64,000 nt of DNA, taken from assembly GCA_043228905.1 (NCBI GenBank), contig JBHGNT010000023.1, forward strand, positions 496,001 through 560,000, given 5' to 3'. Source of the stretch: Azolla caroliniana. Taxonomy: Eukaryota > Plantae > Polypodiophyta. Positions 41,201-54,100 of the stretch are shown here, one piece after another. Every line of letters begins with the position of its first letter. The first letter of the stretch is position 1. The notes under the pieces were generated by a model, which saw only the letters and a program-made list of their open reading frames with translations, did not search any database and was not told the origin of the DNA. Both the position numbers and the translations under genes were made by a program.

Positions 41201-44200
41201 CAAGATTTTGAAACTCAGGTCGAGAGACATGAAGAAATTAGTAAATTAGGGGAGGGAGTTGAGAAGAGCGCGTGAGTAAATTAAAATGTTCATAGCTGGA
41301 TCGTGTGATATCGGATTTTTGTGTTCAGAGATGCCAATCGAAGCTAACAACACTAGCTATGATATGGAATTAAAAAATCAAGATTTTGAAAACTCAGGTC
41401 GAGAGACATGAAGAAATTAGTAAAGTAGGGAGGGAGTTGAGAAGAGCGCATGAGTAAATTAAAATGTTCATACCTGGCTCTTGTGATATCGGATTTTAGT
41501 GTTCAAAAAAGCTCAAAGAAGCTAACAACACTAGCTATGATATGGAATTAAAAAATCAAAATTTCGAAACTTGGGTCGAGAGACATGAAGAAATTAGTAA
41601 ATTAGGGGAGGGAGTTGAGAAGAGCGCGTGAGTAAATTAAAATGTTTATAGCTGGCTCGTGTGATATCGGATTTTTGTGTTCAGAGATGCGAATCGAAGC
41701 TAACAACACTAGCTATGATATGGAATTAAAAAATCAAGATTTTGAAACTCAGGTCGAGAGACATGAAGAAATTAGTAAAGTAGGGGAGGGGGTTGAGAAG
41801 AGCGCATGAGTAAATTAAAATGTTCATACCTGGCTCTTGTGATATCGGATTTTAGTGTTCAAAAAAGCTCAAAGAAGCTAACAACACTAGCTATGATATG
41901 GAATTAAAAAATCAAAATTTCGAAACTTGGGTCGAGAGACATGAAGAAATTAGTAAATTAGGGGAGGGAGTTGAGAAGAGCGCGTGAGTAAATTAAAATG
42001 TTCATAGCTGGCTCGTGTGATATCGGATTTTTGTGTTCAAACATGCGAATCGAAGCTAACAACACTTTCTATGATATGGAATTAAAAAATCGAGATTTCG
42101 AAACTTGGGTCGAGAGACATGAAGAAATTAGTAAATTAGGGGAGGAAGTTGATAAGAGAGCGTGAGTAAATTAAAATGTTCATACCTGGCTCGTGTGATA
42201 CCGGATTTTTGTGTTCAAAGATGCGAATCGAAGCTAACAACACTAGCTATGATATGGAATTAAAAAATCAAGATTTTGAGACTAAGGTCGAGAGACATGA
42301 AGAAATTAGTAAATTAGGGGAGGGAGTTGAGAAGAGCGCGTGAGTAAATTAAAATGTTCATAGCTGGCTCGTGTGATATCGGATTTTTGTGTTCAAACAT
42401 GCGAATCGAAGCTAACAACACTTGCTATGATATGGATTTAAAAAATCAAGATTTTGAAACTCAGGTCGAGAGACATGAAGAAATTAGTAAATTAGGGGAG
42501 GGAGTTGATAAGAGCGCGTGAGTAAATTAAAATGTTCATACCTGGCTCGTGTGATCCCGGATTTTTGTGTTCAAAGATGCCAATCGAAGCTAACAATACT
42601 AGTTATGATATGGAATTAAAAAATCAAGATTTTGAAACTCAGGTCGAGAGACATGAAGAAATTAGTAAATTAGGGGAGGGAGTTGAGAAGAGCGCGTGAG
42701 TAAATTAAAATGTTCATAGCTGGATCGTGTGATATCGGATTTTTGTGTTCAGAGATGCCAATCGAAGCTAACAACACTAGCTATGATATGGAATTAAAAA
42801 ATCAAGATTTTGAAACTCAGGTCGAGAGACATGAAGAAATTAGTAAAGTAGGGAGGGAGTTGAGAAGAGCGCATGAGTAAATTAAAATGTTCATAGCTGG
42901 CTCGTGTGATATCGGATTTTTGTGTTCAAACATGCGAATCGAAGCTAACAACACTTGCTATGATATGGATTTAAAAAATCAAGATTTTGAAACTCAGGTC
43001 GAGAGACATGAAGAAATTAGTAAATTAGGGGAGGGAGTTGAGAAGAGCGCGTGAGTAAATTAAAATGTTCATAGCTGGCTCGTGTGATATCGGATTTTTG
43101 TGTTCAAACATGCGAATCGAAGCTAACAACACTTGCTATGATATGGAATTAAAAAATCAAGATTTTGAAACTCAGGTCGAGAGACATGAAGAAATTAGTA
43201 AAGTAGGGGAGGGAGTTGAGAAGAGCGCGTGAGTAAATTAAAATGTTCATAGTTGGCTCGTGTGATATCGGATTTTTGTGTTCAGAGATGCGAATCGAAG
43301 CTAACAACACTAGCTATGATATGGAATTAAAAAATCAAGATTTTGAAACTCACGTCGAGAGACATGAAGAAATTAGTAAATTAGAGGAGGGTGTTGACAA
43401 GAGCGCATGAGTAAATTAAAATGTTCATACCTGGCTCTTGTGATATCGGATTTTAGTGTTCAAAGATGCCAATCGAAGCTAACAACACTAGCTATGATAT
43501 GGAATTAAAAAATCAAGATTTTGAAACTTGGGTCGAGAGACATGAAGAAATTAGTAAATTAGAGGAGGGTGTTGACGATAGCGCGTGAGTAAATTAAAAT
43601 GTTCATAGCTGGCTAGTGTGATATCGGATTTTAGTGTTCAAACATGCGAATCGAAGCTAACAACACTAGCTATGATATGGAATTAAAAAATTAAGATTTT
43701 GAAACTCAGGTCGAGAGACATGAAGAAATTAGTAAATTAGGGGAGGGAGTTGAGAAAAGCGCGTGAGTAAATTAAAATGTTCATAGCTGGCTCGTGTGAT
43801 ATCGGATTTTTGTGTTCAAACATGCGAATCAAAGCTAACAACACTAGCTATGATAAGGAATGAAAAAATCAAGATTTTGAAACTCAGGTCGAGAGACATG
43901 AAGAAATTAGTAAATTAGAGGAGGGTGTTGACGAGAGCGCGTGAGGAAATTAAAATGTTCATAGCTGGCTCGTGTGATATCGGATTTTTGTGTTCAGAGA
44001 TGCGAATCGAAGCTAACAACACTAGCTATGATATGGAATTAAAAAATCAAGATTTTGAAACTCAGGTCGAGAGACATGAAGAAATTAGTAAATTAGAGGA
44101 GGGTGTTGACGAGAGCGCGTGAGGAAATTAAAATGTTCATAGCTGGCTCGTGTGATATCGGATTTTTGTGTTCAGAGATGCGAATCGAAGCTAACAACAC

Positions 44201-47200
44201 TAGCTATGATATGGAATTAAAAAATCAAGATTTTGAAACTCAGGTCGAGAGACATGAAGAAATTAGTAAATTAGAGGAGGGTGTTGACAAGAGCGCATGA
44301 GTAAATTAAAATGTTCATACCTGGCTCTTGTGATATCGGATTTTAGTGTTCAAAGATGCCAATCGAAGCTAACAACACTAGCTATGATATGGAATTAAAA
44401 AATCAAAATTTCGAAACTTGGGTCGAGAGACATGAAGAAATTAGTAAATTAGGGGAGGGAGTTGAGAAGAGCGCGTGAGTAAATTAAAATGTTCATAGCT
44501 GGCTCGTGTGGTATCGGATTTTTGTGTTCAAACATGCGAATCGAAGCTAACAACACTTTCTATGATATGGAATTAAAAATCGAGATTTCGAAACTTGGGT
44601 CGAGAGACATGAAGAAATTAGTAAATTAGGGGAGGAAGTTGATAAGATAGCGTGAGTAAATTAAAATGTTCATACCTGGCTCGTGTGATACCGGATTTTT
44701 GTGTTCAAAGATGCGAATCGAAGCTAACAACACTAGCTATGATATGGAATTAAAAAATGAAGATTTTGAAACTCAGGTCGAGAGACATGAAGATATTAGG
44801 AAATTAGAGGAGGGAGTTGAGAAGAGCGCGTGAGTAAATTAAAATGTTCATAGCTGGCTCGCGTGATCCCAGATTTTTATGTTCAAAGATGCGAATCGAA
44901 GCTAACAACACTACGTATGATATGGAATGAAAAAATCAATATTTTGAAACTTAGGTCGAGAGACATGAAGAAATTAGTAAATTAGAGGAGGGTATTGCAA
45001 GAGCGCGTGAGTAAATTAAAATGTTCATAGCTGGCTCGTGTGATATCGGATTTTTGTGTTCAGAGATGCGAATCGAAGCTAACAACACTAGCTATGATAT
45101 GGAATTAAAAAATCAAGATTTTGAAACTCAGGTCGAGAGACATGAAGAAATTAGTAAATTAGAGGAGGGTGTTGACAAGAGCGCATGAGTAAATTAAAAT
45201 GTTCATACCTGGCTCTTGTGATATCGGATTTTAGTGTTCAAAGATGCCAATCGAAGCTAACAACACTAGCTATGATATGGAATTAAAAAATCAAGATTTT
45301 GAGACTAAGGTCGAGAGACATGAAGAAATTAGTAAATTAGGGGAGGGAGTTGATAAGAGCGCGTGAGTAAATTAAAATGTTCATACCTGGCTCGTGTGAT
45401 CCCGGATTTTTGTGTTCAACGATGCCAATCGAAGCTAACAATACTAGTTATGATATGGAATTAAAAAATCAAGATTTTGAAACTCAGGTCGAGAGACATG
45501 AAGAAATTAGTAAATTAGGGGAGGGAGTTGAGAAGAGCGCGTGAGTAAATTAAAATGTTCATAGCTGGATCGTGTGATATCGGATTTTTGTGTTCAGAGA
45601 TGCGAATCGAAGCTAACAACACTAGCTATGATATGGAATTAAAAAATCAAGATTTTGAAACTCAGGTCGAGAGACATGAAGAAATTAGTAAAGTAGGGGA
45701 GGGAGTTGAGAAGAGCGCATGAGTAAATTAAAATGTTCATACCTGGCTCTTGTGATATCGGATTTTAGTGTTCAAAAAAGCTCAAAGAAGCTAACAACAC
45801 TAGCTATGATATGGAATTAAAAAATCAAAATTTCGAAACTTGGGTCGAGAGACATGAAGAAATTAGTAAATTAGGGGAGGGAGTTGAGAAGAGCGCGTGA
45901 GTAAATTAAAATGTTCATAGCTGGCTCGTGTGATATCGGATTTTTGTGTTCAAACATGCGAATCGAAGCTAACAACACTTTCTATGATATGGAATTAAAA
46001 AATCGAGATTTCGAAACTTGGGTCGAGAGACATGAAGAAATTAGTAAATTAGGGGAGGAAGTTGATAAGAGAGCGTGAGTAAATTAAAATGTTCATACCT
46101 GGCTCGTGTGATACCGGATTTTTGTGTTCAAAGATGCGAATCGAAGCTAACAACACTAGCTATGATATGGAATTAAAAAATCAAGATTTTGAGACTAACG
46201 TCGAGAGACATGAAGAAATTAGTAAATTAGGGGAGGGAGTTGAGAAGAGCGCGTGAGTAAATTAAAATGTTCATAGCTGGCTCGTGTGATATCGGATTTT
46301 TGTGTTCAAACATGCGAATCGAAGCTAACAACACTTGCTATGATATGGATTTAAAAAATCAAGATTTTGAAACTCAGGTCGAGAGACATGAAGAAATTAG
46401 TAAATTAGGGGAGGGAGTTGATAAGAGCGCGTGAGTAAATTAAAATGTTCATAGCTGGCTCGTGTGATCCCGGATTTTTGTGTTCAAAGATGCCAATCGA
46501 AGCTAACAATACTAGTTATGATATGGAATTAAAATATCAAGATTTTGAAACTCAGGTCGAGAGACATGAAGAAATTAGTAAATTAGGGGAGGGAGTTGAG
46601 AAGAGCGCGTGAGTAAATTAAAATGTTCATAGCTGGATCGTGTGATATCGGATTTTTGTGTTCAGAGATGCCAATCGAAGCTAACAACACTAGCTATGAT
46701 ATGGAATTAAAAAATCAAGATTTTGAAACTCAGGTCGAGAGACATGAAGAAATTAGTAAAGTAGGGAGGGAGTTGAGAAGAGCGCATGAGTAAATTAAAA
46801 TGTTCATACCTGGCTCTTGTGATATCGGATTTTAGTGTTCAAAAAAGCTCAAAGAAGCTAACAACACTAGCTATGATATGGAATTAAAAAATCAAAATTT
46901 CGAAACTTGGGTCGAGAGACATGAAGAAATTAGTAAATTAGGGGAGGGAGTTGAGAAGAGCGCGTGAGTAAATTAAAATGTTCATAGCTGGCTCGTGTGA
47001 TATCGGATTTTTGTGTTCAAACATGCGAATCGAAGCTAACAACACTTTCTATGATATGGAATTAAAAAATCGAGATTTCGACACTTGGGTCGAGAGACAT
47101 GAAGAAATTAGTAAATTAGGGGAGGAAGTTGATAAGAGAGCGTGAGTAAATTAAAATGTTCATACCTGGCTCGTGTGATACCGGATTTTTGTGTTCAAAG

Positions 47201-48087
47201 ATGCGAATCGAAGCTAACAACACTAGCTATGATATGGAATTAAAAAATCAAGATTTTGAGACTAAGGTCGAGAGACATGAAGAAATTAGTAAATTAGGGG
47301 AGGGAGTTGAGAAGAGCGCGTGAGTAAATTAAAATGTTCATAGCTGGCTCGTGTGATATCGGATTTTTGTGTTCAAACATGCGAATCGAAGCTAACAACA
47401 CTTGCTATGATATGGATTTAAAAAATCAAGATTTTGAAACTCAGGTCGAGAGACATGAAGAAATTAGTAAATTAGGGGAGGGAGTTGATAAGAGCGCGTG
47501 AGTAAATTAAAATGTTCATACCTGGCTCGTGTGATCCCGGATTTTTGTGTTCAAAGATGCCAATCGAAGCTAACAATACTAGTTATGATATGGAAATAAA
47601 AAATCAAGATTTTGAAACTCAGGTCGAGAGACATGAAGAAATTAGTAAATTAGGGGAGGGAGTTGAGAAGAGCGCGTGAGTAAATTAAAATGTTCATAGC
47701 TGGATCGTGTGATATCGGATTTTTGTGTTCAGAGATGCCAATCGAAGCTAACAACACTAGCTATGATATGGAATTAAAAAATCAAGATTTTGAAAACTCA
47801 GGTCGAGAGACATGAAGAAATTAGTAAAGTAGGGAGGGAGTTGAGAAGAGCGCATGAGTAAATTAAAATGTTCATACCTGGCTCTTGTGATATCGGATTT
47901 TAGTGTTCAAAAAAGCTCAAAGAAGCTAACAACACTAGCTATGATATGGAATTAAAAAATCAAAATTTCGAAACTTGGGTCGAGAGACATGAAGAAATTA
48001 GTAAATTAGGGGAGGGAGTTGAGAAGAGCGCGTGAGTAAATTAAAATGTTTATAGCTGGCTCGTGTGATATCGGATTTTTGTGTTCA
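35253..48087 (+). repeat. Near-identical tandem duplication of a 36-monomer block (6404 bp)
   Basis: AAAGCTCAAA markers pair at a 6404 offset (35460/41864, 39373/45777, 40440/46844, 41508/47912). ORF-track pairs 37521/43925 and 37699/44103 have the same offset. Confidence 0.92.
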
Positions 48088-48156
48088 AACATGCGAATCG
48101 AAGATAACAACACTTTCTATGATATGGAATTAAAAAATCGAGATTTCGAAACTTGG

Positions 48157-51100
48157 GTCGAGAGACATGAAGAAATTAGTAAATTAGGGGAGGAAGTTGA
48201 TAAGAGAGCGTGAGTAAATTAAAATGTTCATACCTGGCTCGTGTGATACCGGATTTTTGTGTTCAAAGATGCGAATCGAAGCTAACAACACTAGCTATGA
48301 TATGGAACTAAAAAATCAAGATTTTGAGACTAAGGTCGAGAGACATGAAGAAATTAGTAAATTAGGGGAGGGAGTTGAGAAGAGCGCGTGAGTAAATTAA
48401 AATGTTCATAGCTGGCTCGTGTGATATCGGATTTTTGTGTTCAAACATGCGAATCGAAGCTAACAACACTTGCTAGGATATGGATTTAAAAAATCAAGAT
48501 TTTGAAACTCAGGTCGAGAGACATGAAGAAATTAGTAAATTAGGGGAGGGAGTTGAGAAGAGCGCGTGAGTAAATTAAAATGTTCATAGCTGGCTCGTGT
48601 GATATCGGATTTTAGTGTTCAAACATGCGAATCGAAGCTAACAACACCAACTATGATATGTAATTAAAAAATCAAGATTTTGAGACTAAGGTCGAGAGAC
48701 ATGAAGAATTTAGTAAATTAGGGGAGGGAGTTGATAAGAGCGCGTGAGTAAATTAAAATGTTCATACCTGGCTCGTGTGATCCCGGATTTTTGTGTTCAA
48801 AGATGCCAATCGAAGCTAACAATACTAGTTATGATATGGAATTAAAAAATCAAGATTTTGAAACTCAGGTCGAGAGACATGAAGAAATTAGTAAATTAGG
48901 GGAGGGAGTTGAGAAGAGCGCGTGAGTAAATTAAAATGTTCATACCTGGCTCGTGTGATATCGGATTTTTGTGTTCAGAGATGCGAATCGAAGCTAACAA
49001 CACTTGGTATGATATGGAATTAAAAAATCAAGATTTTGAGACTAAGGTCGAGAGACATCAAGAAATTAGTAAATTAGGGGAGGGAGTTGATAAGAGCGCG
49101 TGAGTAAATTAAAATGTTCATACCTGGCTCGTGTGATCCCGGATTTTTGTGTTCAAAGATGCCAATCGAAGCTAACAAGACTAGTTACGATATGGAATTA
49201 AAAAATCAAGATTTTGAAACTCAGGTCGAGAGACATGAAGAAATTAGTAAATTAGGGGAGGGAGTTGAGAAGAGCGCGTGAGTAAATTAAAATGTTCATA
49301 GCTGGCTCGTGTGATATCGGATTTTTGTGTTCAAACATGCGAATCGAAGCTAACAACACTTTCTATGATATGGAATTAAAAAATCAAGATTTTGAAACTC
49401 AGGTCGAGAGACATGAAGAAATTAGTAAAGTAGGGGAGGGAGTTGAGAAGAGCGCATGAGTAAATTAAAATGTTCATAGCTGGCTCTTGTGATATCGGAT
49501 TTTAGTGTTCAGAGATGCGAATCGAAGCTAACAACACTAGCTATGATATGGATTTAAAAAATCAAGATTTTCAAACTTGGGTCGAGAGACATGAAGAAAT
49601 TAGTAAATTAGAGGAGGGTGTTGACGAGAGCGCGTGAGTAAATTAAAATGTTCATAGCTGGCTCGTGTGATATCGGATTTTAGTGTTCAAACATGCGAAT
49701 CGAAGCTAACAACACCAACTATGATATGGAATTAAAAAATCAAGATTTTGAGACTAAGGTCGAGAGACATGAAGAAATTAGTAAATTAGGGGAGGGAGTT
49801 GATAAGAGCGCGTGAGTAAATTAAAATGTTCATACCTGGCTCGTGTGATCCCGGATTTTTGTGTTCAAAGATGCCAATCGAAGCTAACAATACTAGTTAT
49901 GATATGGAATTAAAAAATCAAGATTTTGAAACTCAAGTCGAGAGACATGAAGAAATTAGTAAATTAGGGGAGGGAGTTGAGAAGAGCGCGTGAGTAAATT
50001 AAAATGTTCATAGCTGGCTCGTGTGATATCGGATTTTTGTGTTCAAACATGCCAATCGAAGCTAACAACACTTGCTATGATATGGAATTAAAAAATCAGG
50101 ATTTTGAAACTCAGGTCGAGAGACATGAAGAAATTAGTAAAGTAGGGGAGGGAGTTGAGAAGAGCGCGTGAGTAAATTAAAATGTTCATAGTTGGCTCGT
50201 GTGATATCGGATTTTTGTGTTCAGAGATGCGAATCGAAGCTAACAACACTAGCTATGATATGGAATTAAAAAATCAAGATTTTGAAACTCACGTCGAGAG
50301 ACATGAAGAAATTAGTAAATTAGAGGAGGGTGTTGACAAGAGCGCATGAGTAAATTAAAATGTTCATACCTGGCTCTTGTGATATCGGATTTTAGTGTTC
50401 AAAGATGCCAATCGAAGCTAACAACACTAGCTATGATATGGAATTAAAAAATCAAGATTTTGAAACTTGGGTCGAGAGACATGAAGAAATTAGTAAATTA
50501 GAGGAGGGTGTTGACGAGAGCGCGTGAGTAAATTAAAATGTTCATAGCTGGCTCGTGTGATATCGGATTTTAGTGTTCAAACATGCGAATCGAAGCTAAC
50601 AACACCAACTATGATATGTAATTAAAAAATCAAGATTTTGAGACTAAGGTCGAGAGACATGAAGAAATTAGTAAATTAGGGGAGGGAGTTGATAAGAGCG
50701 CGTGAGTAAATTAAAATGTTCATACCTGGCTCGTGTGATCCCGGATTTTTGTGTTCAAAGATGCCAATCGAAGCTAACAACACTTGCTATGATATGGAAT
50801 TAGAAAATCAAGATTTTGAAACTCAGGTCGAGAGACATGAAGAAATTAGTAAATTAGGGGAGGGAGTTGAGAAGAGCGCGTGAGTAAATTAAAATGTTCA
50901 TACCTGGCTCGTGTGATATCGGATTTTTGTGTTCAGAGATGCGAATCGAAGCTAACAACACTTGGTATGATATGGAATTAAAAAATCAAGATTTTGAGAC
51001 TAAGGTCGAGAGACATCAAGAAATTAGTAAATTAGGGGAGGGAGTTGATAAGAGCGCGTGAGTAAATTAAAATGTTCATACCTGGCTCGTGTCATCCCGG

Positions 51101-54100
51101 ATTTTTGTGTTCAAAGATGCCAATCGAAGCTAACAAGACTAGTTACGATATGGAATTAAAAAATCAAGATTTTGAAACTCAGGTCGAGAGACATGAAGAA
51201 ATTAGTAAATTAGGGGAGGGAGTTGAGAAGAGCGCGTGAGTAAATTAAAATGTTCATAGCTGGCTCGTGTGATATCGGATTTTTGTGTTCAAACATGCGA
51301 ATCGAAGCTAACAACACTTGCTATGATATGGAATTAAAAAATCAAGATTTTGAAACTCAGGTCGAGAGACATGAAGAAATTAGTAAAGTAGGGGAGGGAG
51401 TTGAGAAGAGCGCGTGAGTAAATTAAAATGTTCATAGCTGGCTCGTGTGATATCGGATTTTTGTGTTCAGAGATGCGAATCGAAGCTAACAACACTAGCT
51501 ATGATATGGATTTAAAAAATCAAGATTTTCAAACTTGGGTCGAGAGACATGAAGAAATTAGTAAATTAGAGGAGGGTGTTGACGAGAGCGCGTGAGTAAA
51601 TTAAAATGTTCATAGCTGGCTCGTGTGATATCGGATTTTAGTGTTCAAACATGCGAATCGAAGCTAACAACACTAGCTATGATATGGAATTAAAAAATCA
51701 AGATTTTGAGACTAAGGTCGAGAGACATGAAGAAATTAGTAAATTAGGGGAGGGAGTTGATAAGAGCGCGTGAGTAAATTAAAATGTTCATACCTGGCTC
51801 GTGTGATCCCGGATTTTTGTGTTCAAAGATGCCAATCGAAGCTAACAATACTAGTTATGATATGGAATTAAAAAATCAAGATTTTGAAACTCAAGTCGAG
51901 AGACATGAAGAAATTAGTAAATTAGGGGAGGGAGTTGAGAAGAGCGCGTGAGTAAATTAAAATGTTCATAGCTGGCTCGTGTGATATCGGATTTTTGTGT
52001 TCAAACATGCGAATCGAAGCTAACAACACTTGCTATGATATGGAATTAGAAAATCAAAATTTTGAAACTCAGGTCGAGAGACATGAAGAAATTAGTAAAT
52101 TAGGGGAGGGAGTTGAGAAGAGCGCGTGAGTAAATTAAAATGTTCATAGCTGGCTCGTGTGATATCGGATTTTTGTGTTCAAACATGTGAATCGAAGCTA
52201 ACAATACTAGTTATGATATGGAATTAAAAAATCAAGATTTTGAAACTCAGGTCGAGAGACATGAAGAAATTAGTAAATTAGGGGAGGGAGTTGAGAAGAG
52301 CGCGTGAGTAAATTAAAATGTTCATACCTGGCTCGTGTGATATCGGATTTTTGTGTTCAGAGATGCGAATCGAAGCTAACAACACTTGGTATGATATGGA
52401 ATTAAAAAATCAAGATTTTGAGACTAAGGTCGAGAGACATCAAGAAATTAGTAAATTAGGGGAGGGAGTTGATAAGAGCGCGTGAGTAAATTAAAATGTT
52501 CATACCTGGCTCGTGTGATCCCGGATTTTTGTGTTCAAAGATGCGAATCGAAGCTAACAAGACTAGTTACGATATGGAATTAAAAAATCAAGATTTTGAA
52601 ACTCAGGTCGAGAGACATGAAGAAATTAGTAAATTAGGGGAGGGAGTTGAGAAGAGCGCGTGAGTAAATTAAAATGTTCATAGCTGGCTCGTGTGATATC
52701 GGATTTTTGTGTTCAAACATGCGAATCGAAGCTAACAACACTTGCTATGATATGGAATTAAAAAATCAAGATTTTGAAACTCAGGTCAAGAGACATGAAG
52801 AAATTAGTAAAGTAGGGGAGGGAGTTGAGAAGAGCGCGTGAGTAAATTAAAATGTTCATAGCTGGCTCGTGTGATATCGGATTTTTGTGTTCAGAGATGC
52901 GAATCGAAGCTAACAACACTAGCTATGATATGGATTTAAAAAATCAAGATTTTCAAACTTGGGTCGAGAGACATGAAGAAATTAGTAAATTAGAGGAGGG
53001 TGTTGACGAGAGCGCGTGAGTAAATTAAAATGTTCATAGCTGGCTCGTGTGATATCGGATTTTAGTGTTCAAACATGCGAATCGAAGCTAACAACACCAA
53101 CTATGATATGGAATTAAAAAATCAAGATTTTGAGACTAAGGTCGAGAGACATGAAGAAATTAGTAAATTAGGGGAGGGAGTTGACAAGAGCGCGTGAGTA
53201 AATTAAAATGTTCATACCTGGCTCGTGTGATCCCGGATTTTTGTGTTCAAAGATGCCAATCGAAGCTAACAATACTAGTTATGATATGGAATTAAAAAAT
53301 CAAGATTTTGAAACTCAAGTCGAGAGACATGAAGAAATTAGTAAATTAGGGGAGGGAGTTGAGAAGAGCGCGTGAGTAAATTAAAATGTTCATAGCTGGC
53401 TCGTGTGATATCGGATTTTTGTGTTCAAACATGCGAATCGAAGCTAACAACACTTGCTATGATATGGAATTAAAAAATCAAGATTTTGAAACTCAGGTCG
53501 AGAGACATGAAGAAATTAGTAAAGTAGGGGAGGGAGTTGAGAAGAGCGCGTGAGTAAATTAAAATGTTCATAGTTGGCTCGTGTGATATCGGATTTTTGT
53601 GTTCAGAGATGCGAATCGAAGCTAACAACACTAGCTATGATATGGAATTAAAAAATCAAGATTTTGAAACTCACGTCGAGAGACATGAAGAAATTAGTAA
53701 ATTAGAGGAGGGTGTTGACAAGAGCGCATGAGTAAATTAAAATGTTCATACCTGGCTCTTGTGATATCGGATTTTAGTGTTCAAAGATGCCAATCGAAGC
53801 TAACAACACTAGCTATGATATGGAATTAAAAAATCAAGATTTTGAAACTTGGGTCGAGAGACATGAAGAAATTAGTAAATTAGAGGAGGGTGTTGACGAG
53901 AGCGCGTGAGTAAATTAAAATGTTCATAGCTGGCTCGTGTGATATCGGATTTTAGTGTTCAAACATGCGAATCGAAGCTAACAACACCAACTATGATATG
54001 TAATTAAAAAATCAAGATTTTGAGACTAAGGTCGAGAGACATGAAGAAATTAGTAAATTAGGGGAGGGAGTTGATAAGAGCGCGTGAGTAAATTAAAATG

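Noticed and set aside
20248-44300. Seven 65-73 aa ORFs (MFIAGSCDIGF...)
   Set aside because: They are translations of a single satellite monomer, lengthened only where a SNP or deletion removes a stop codon. Most monomers have stops in this frame and there is no gene context.
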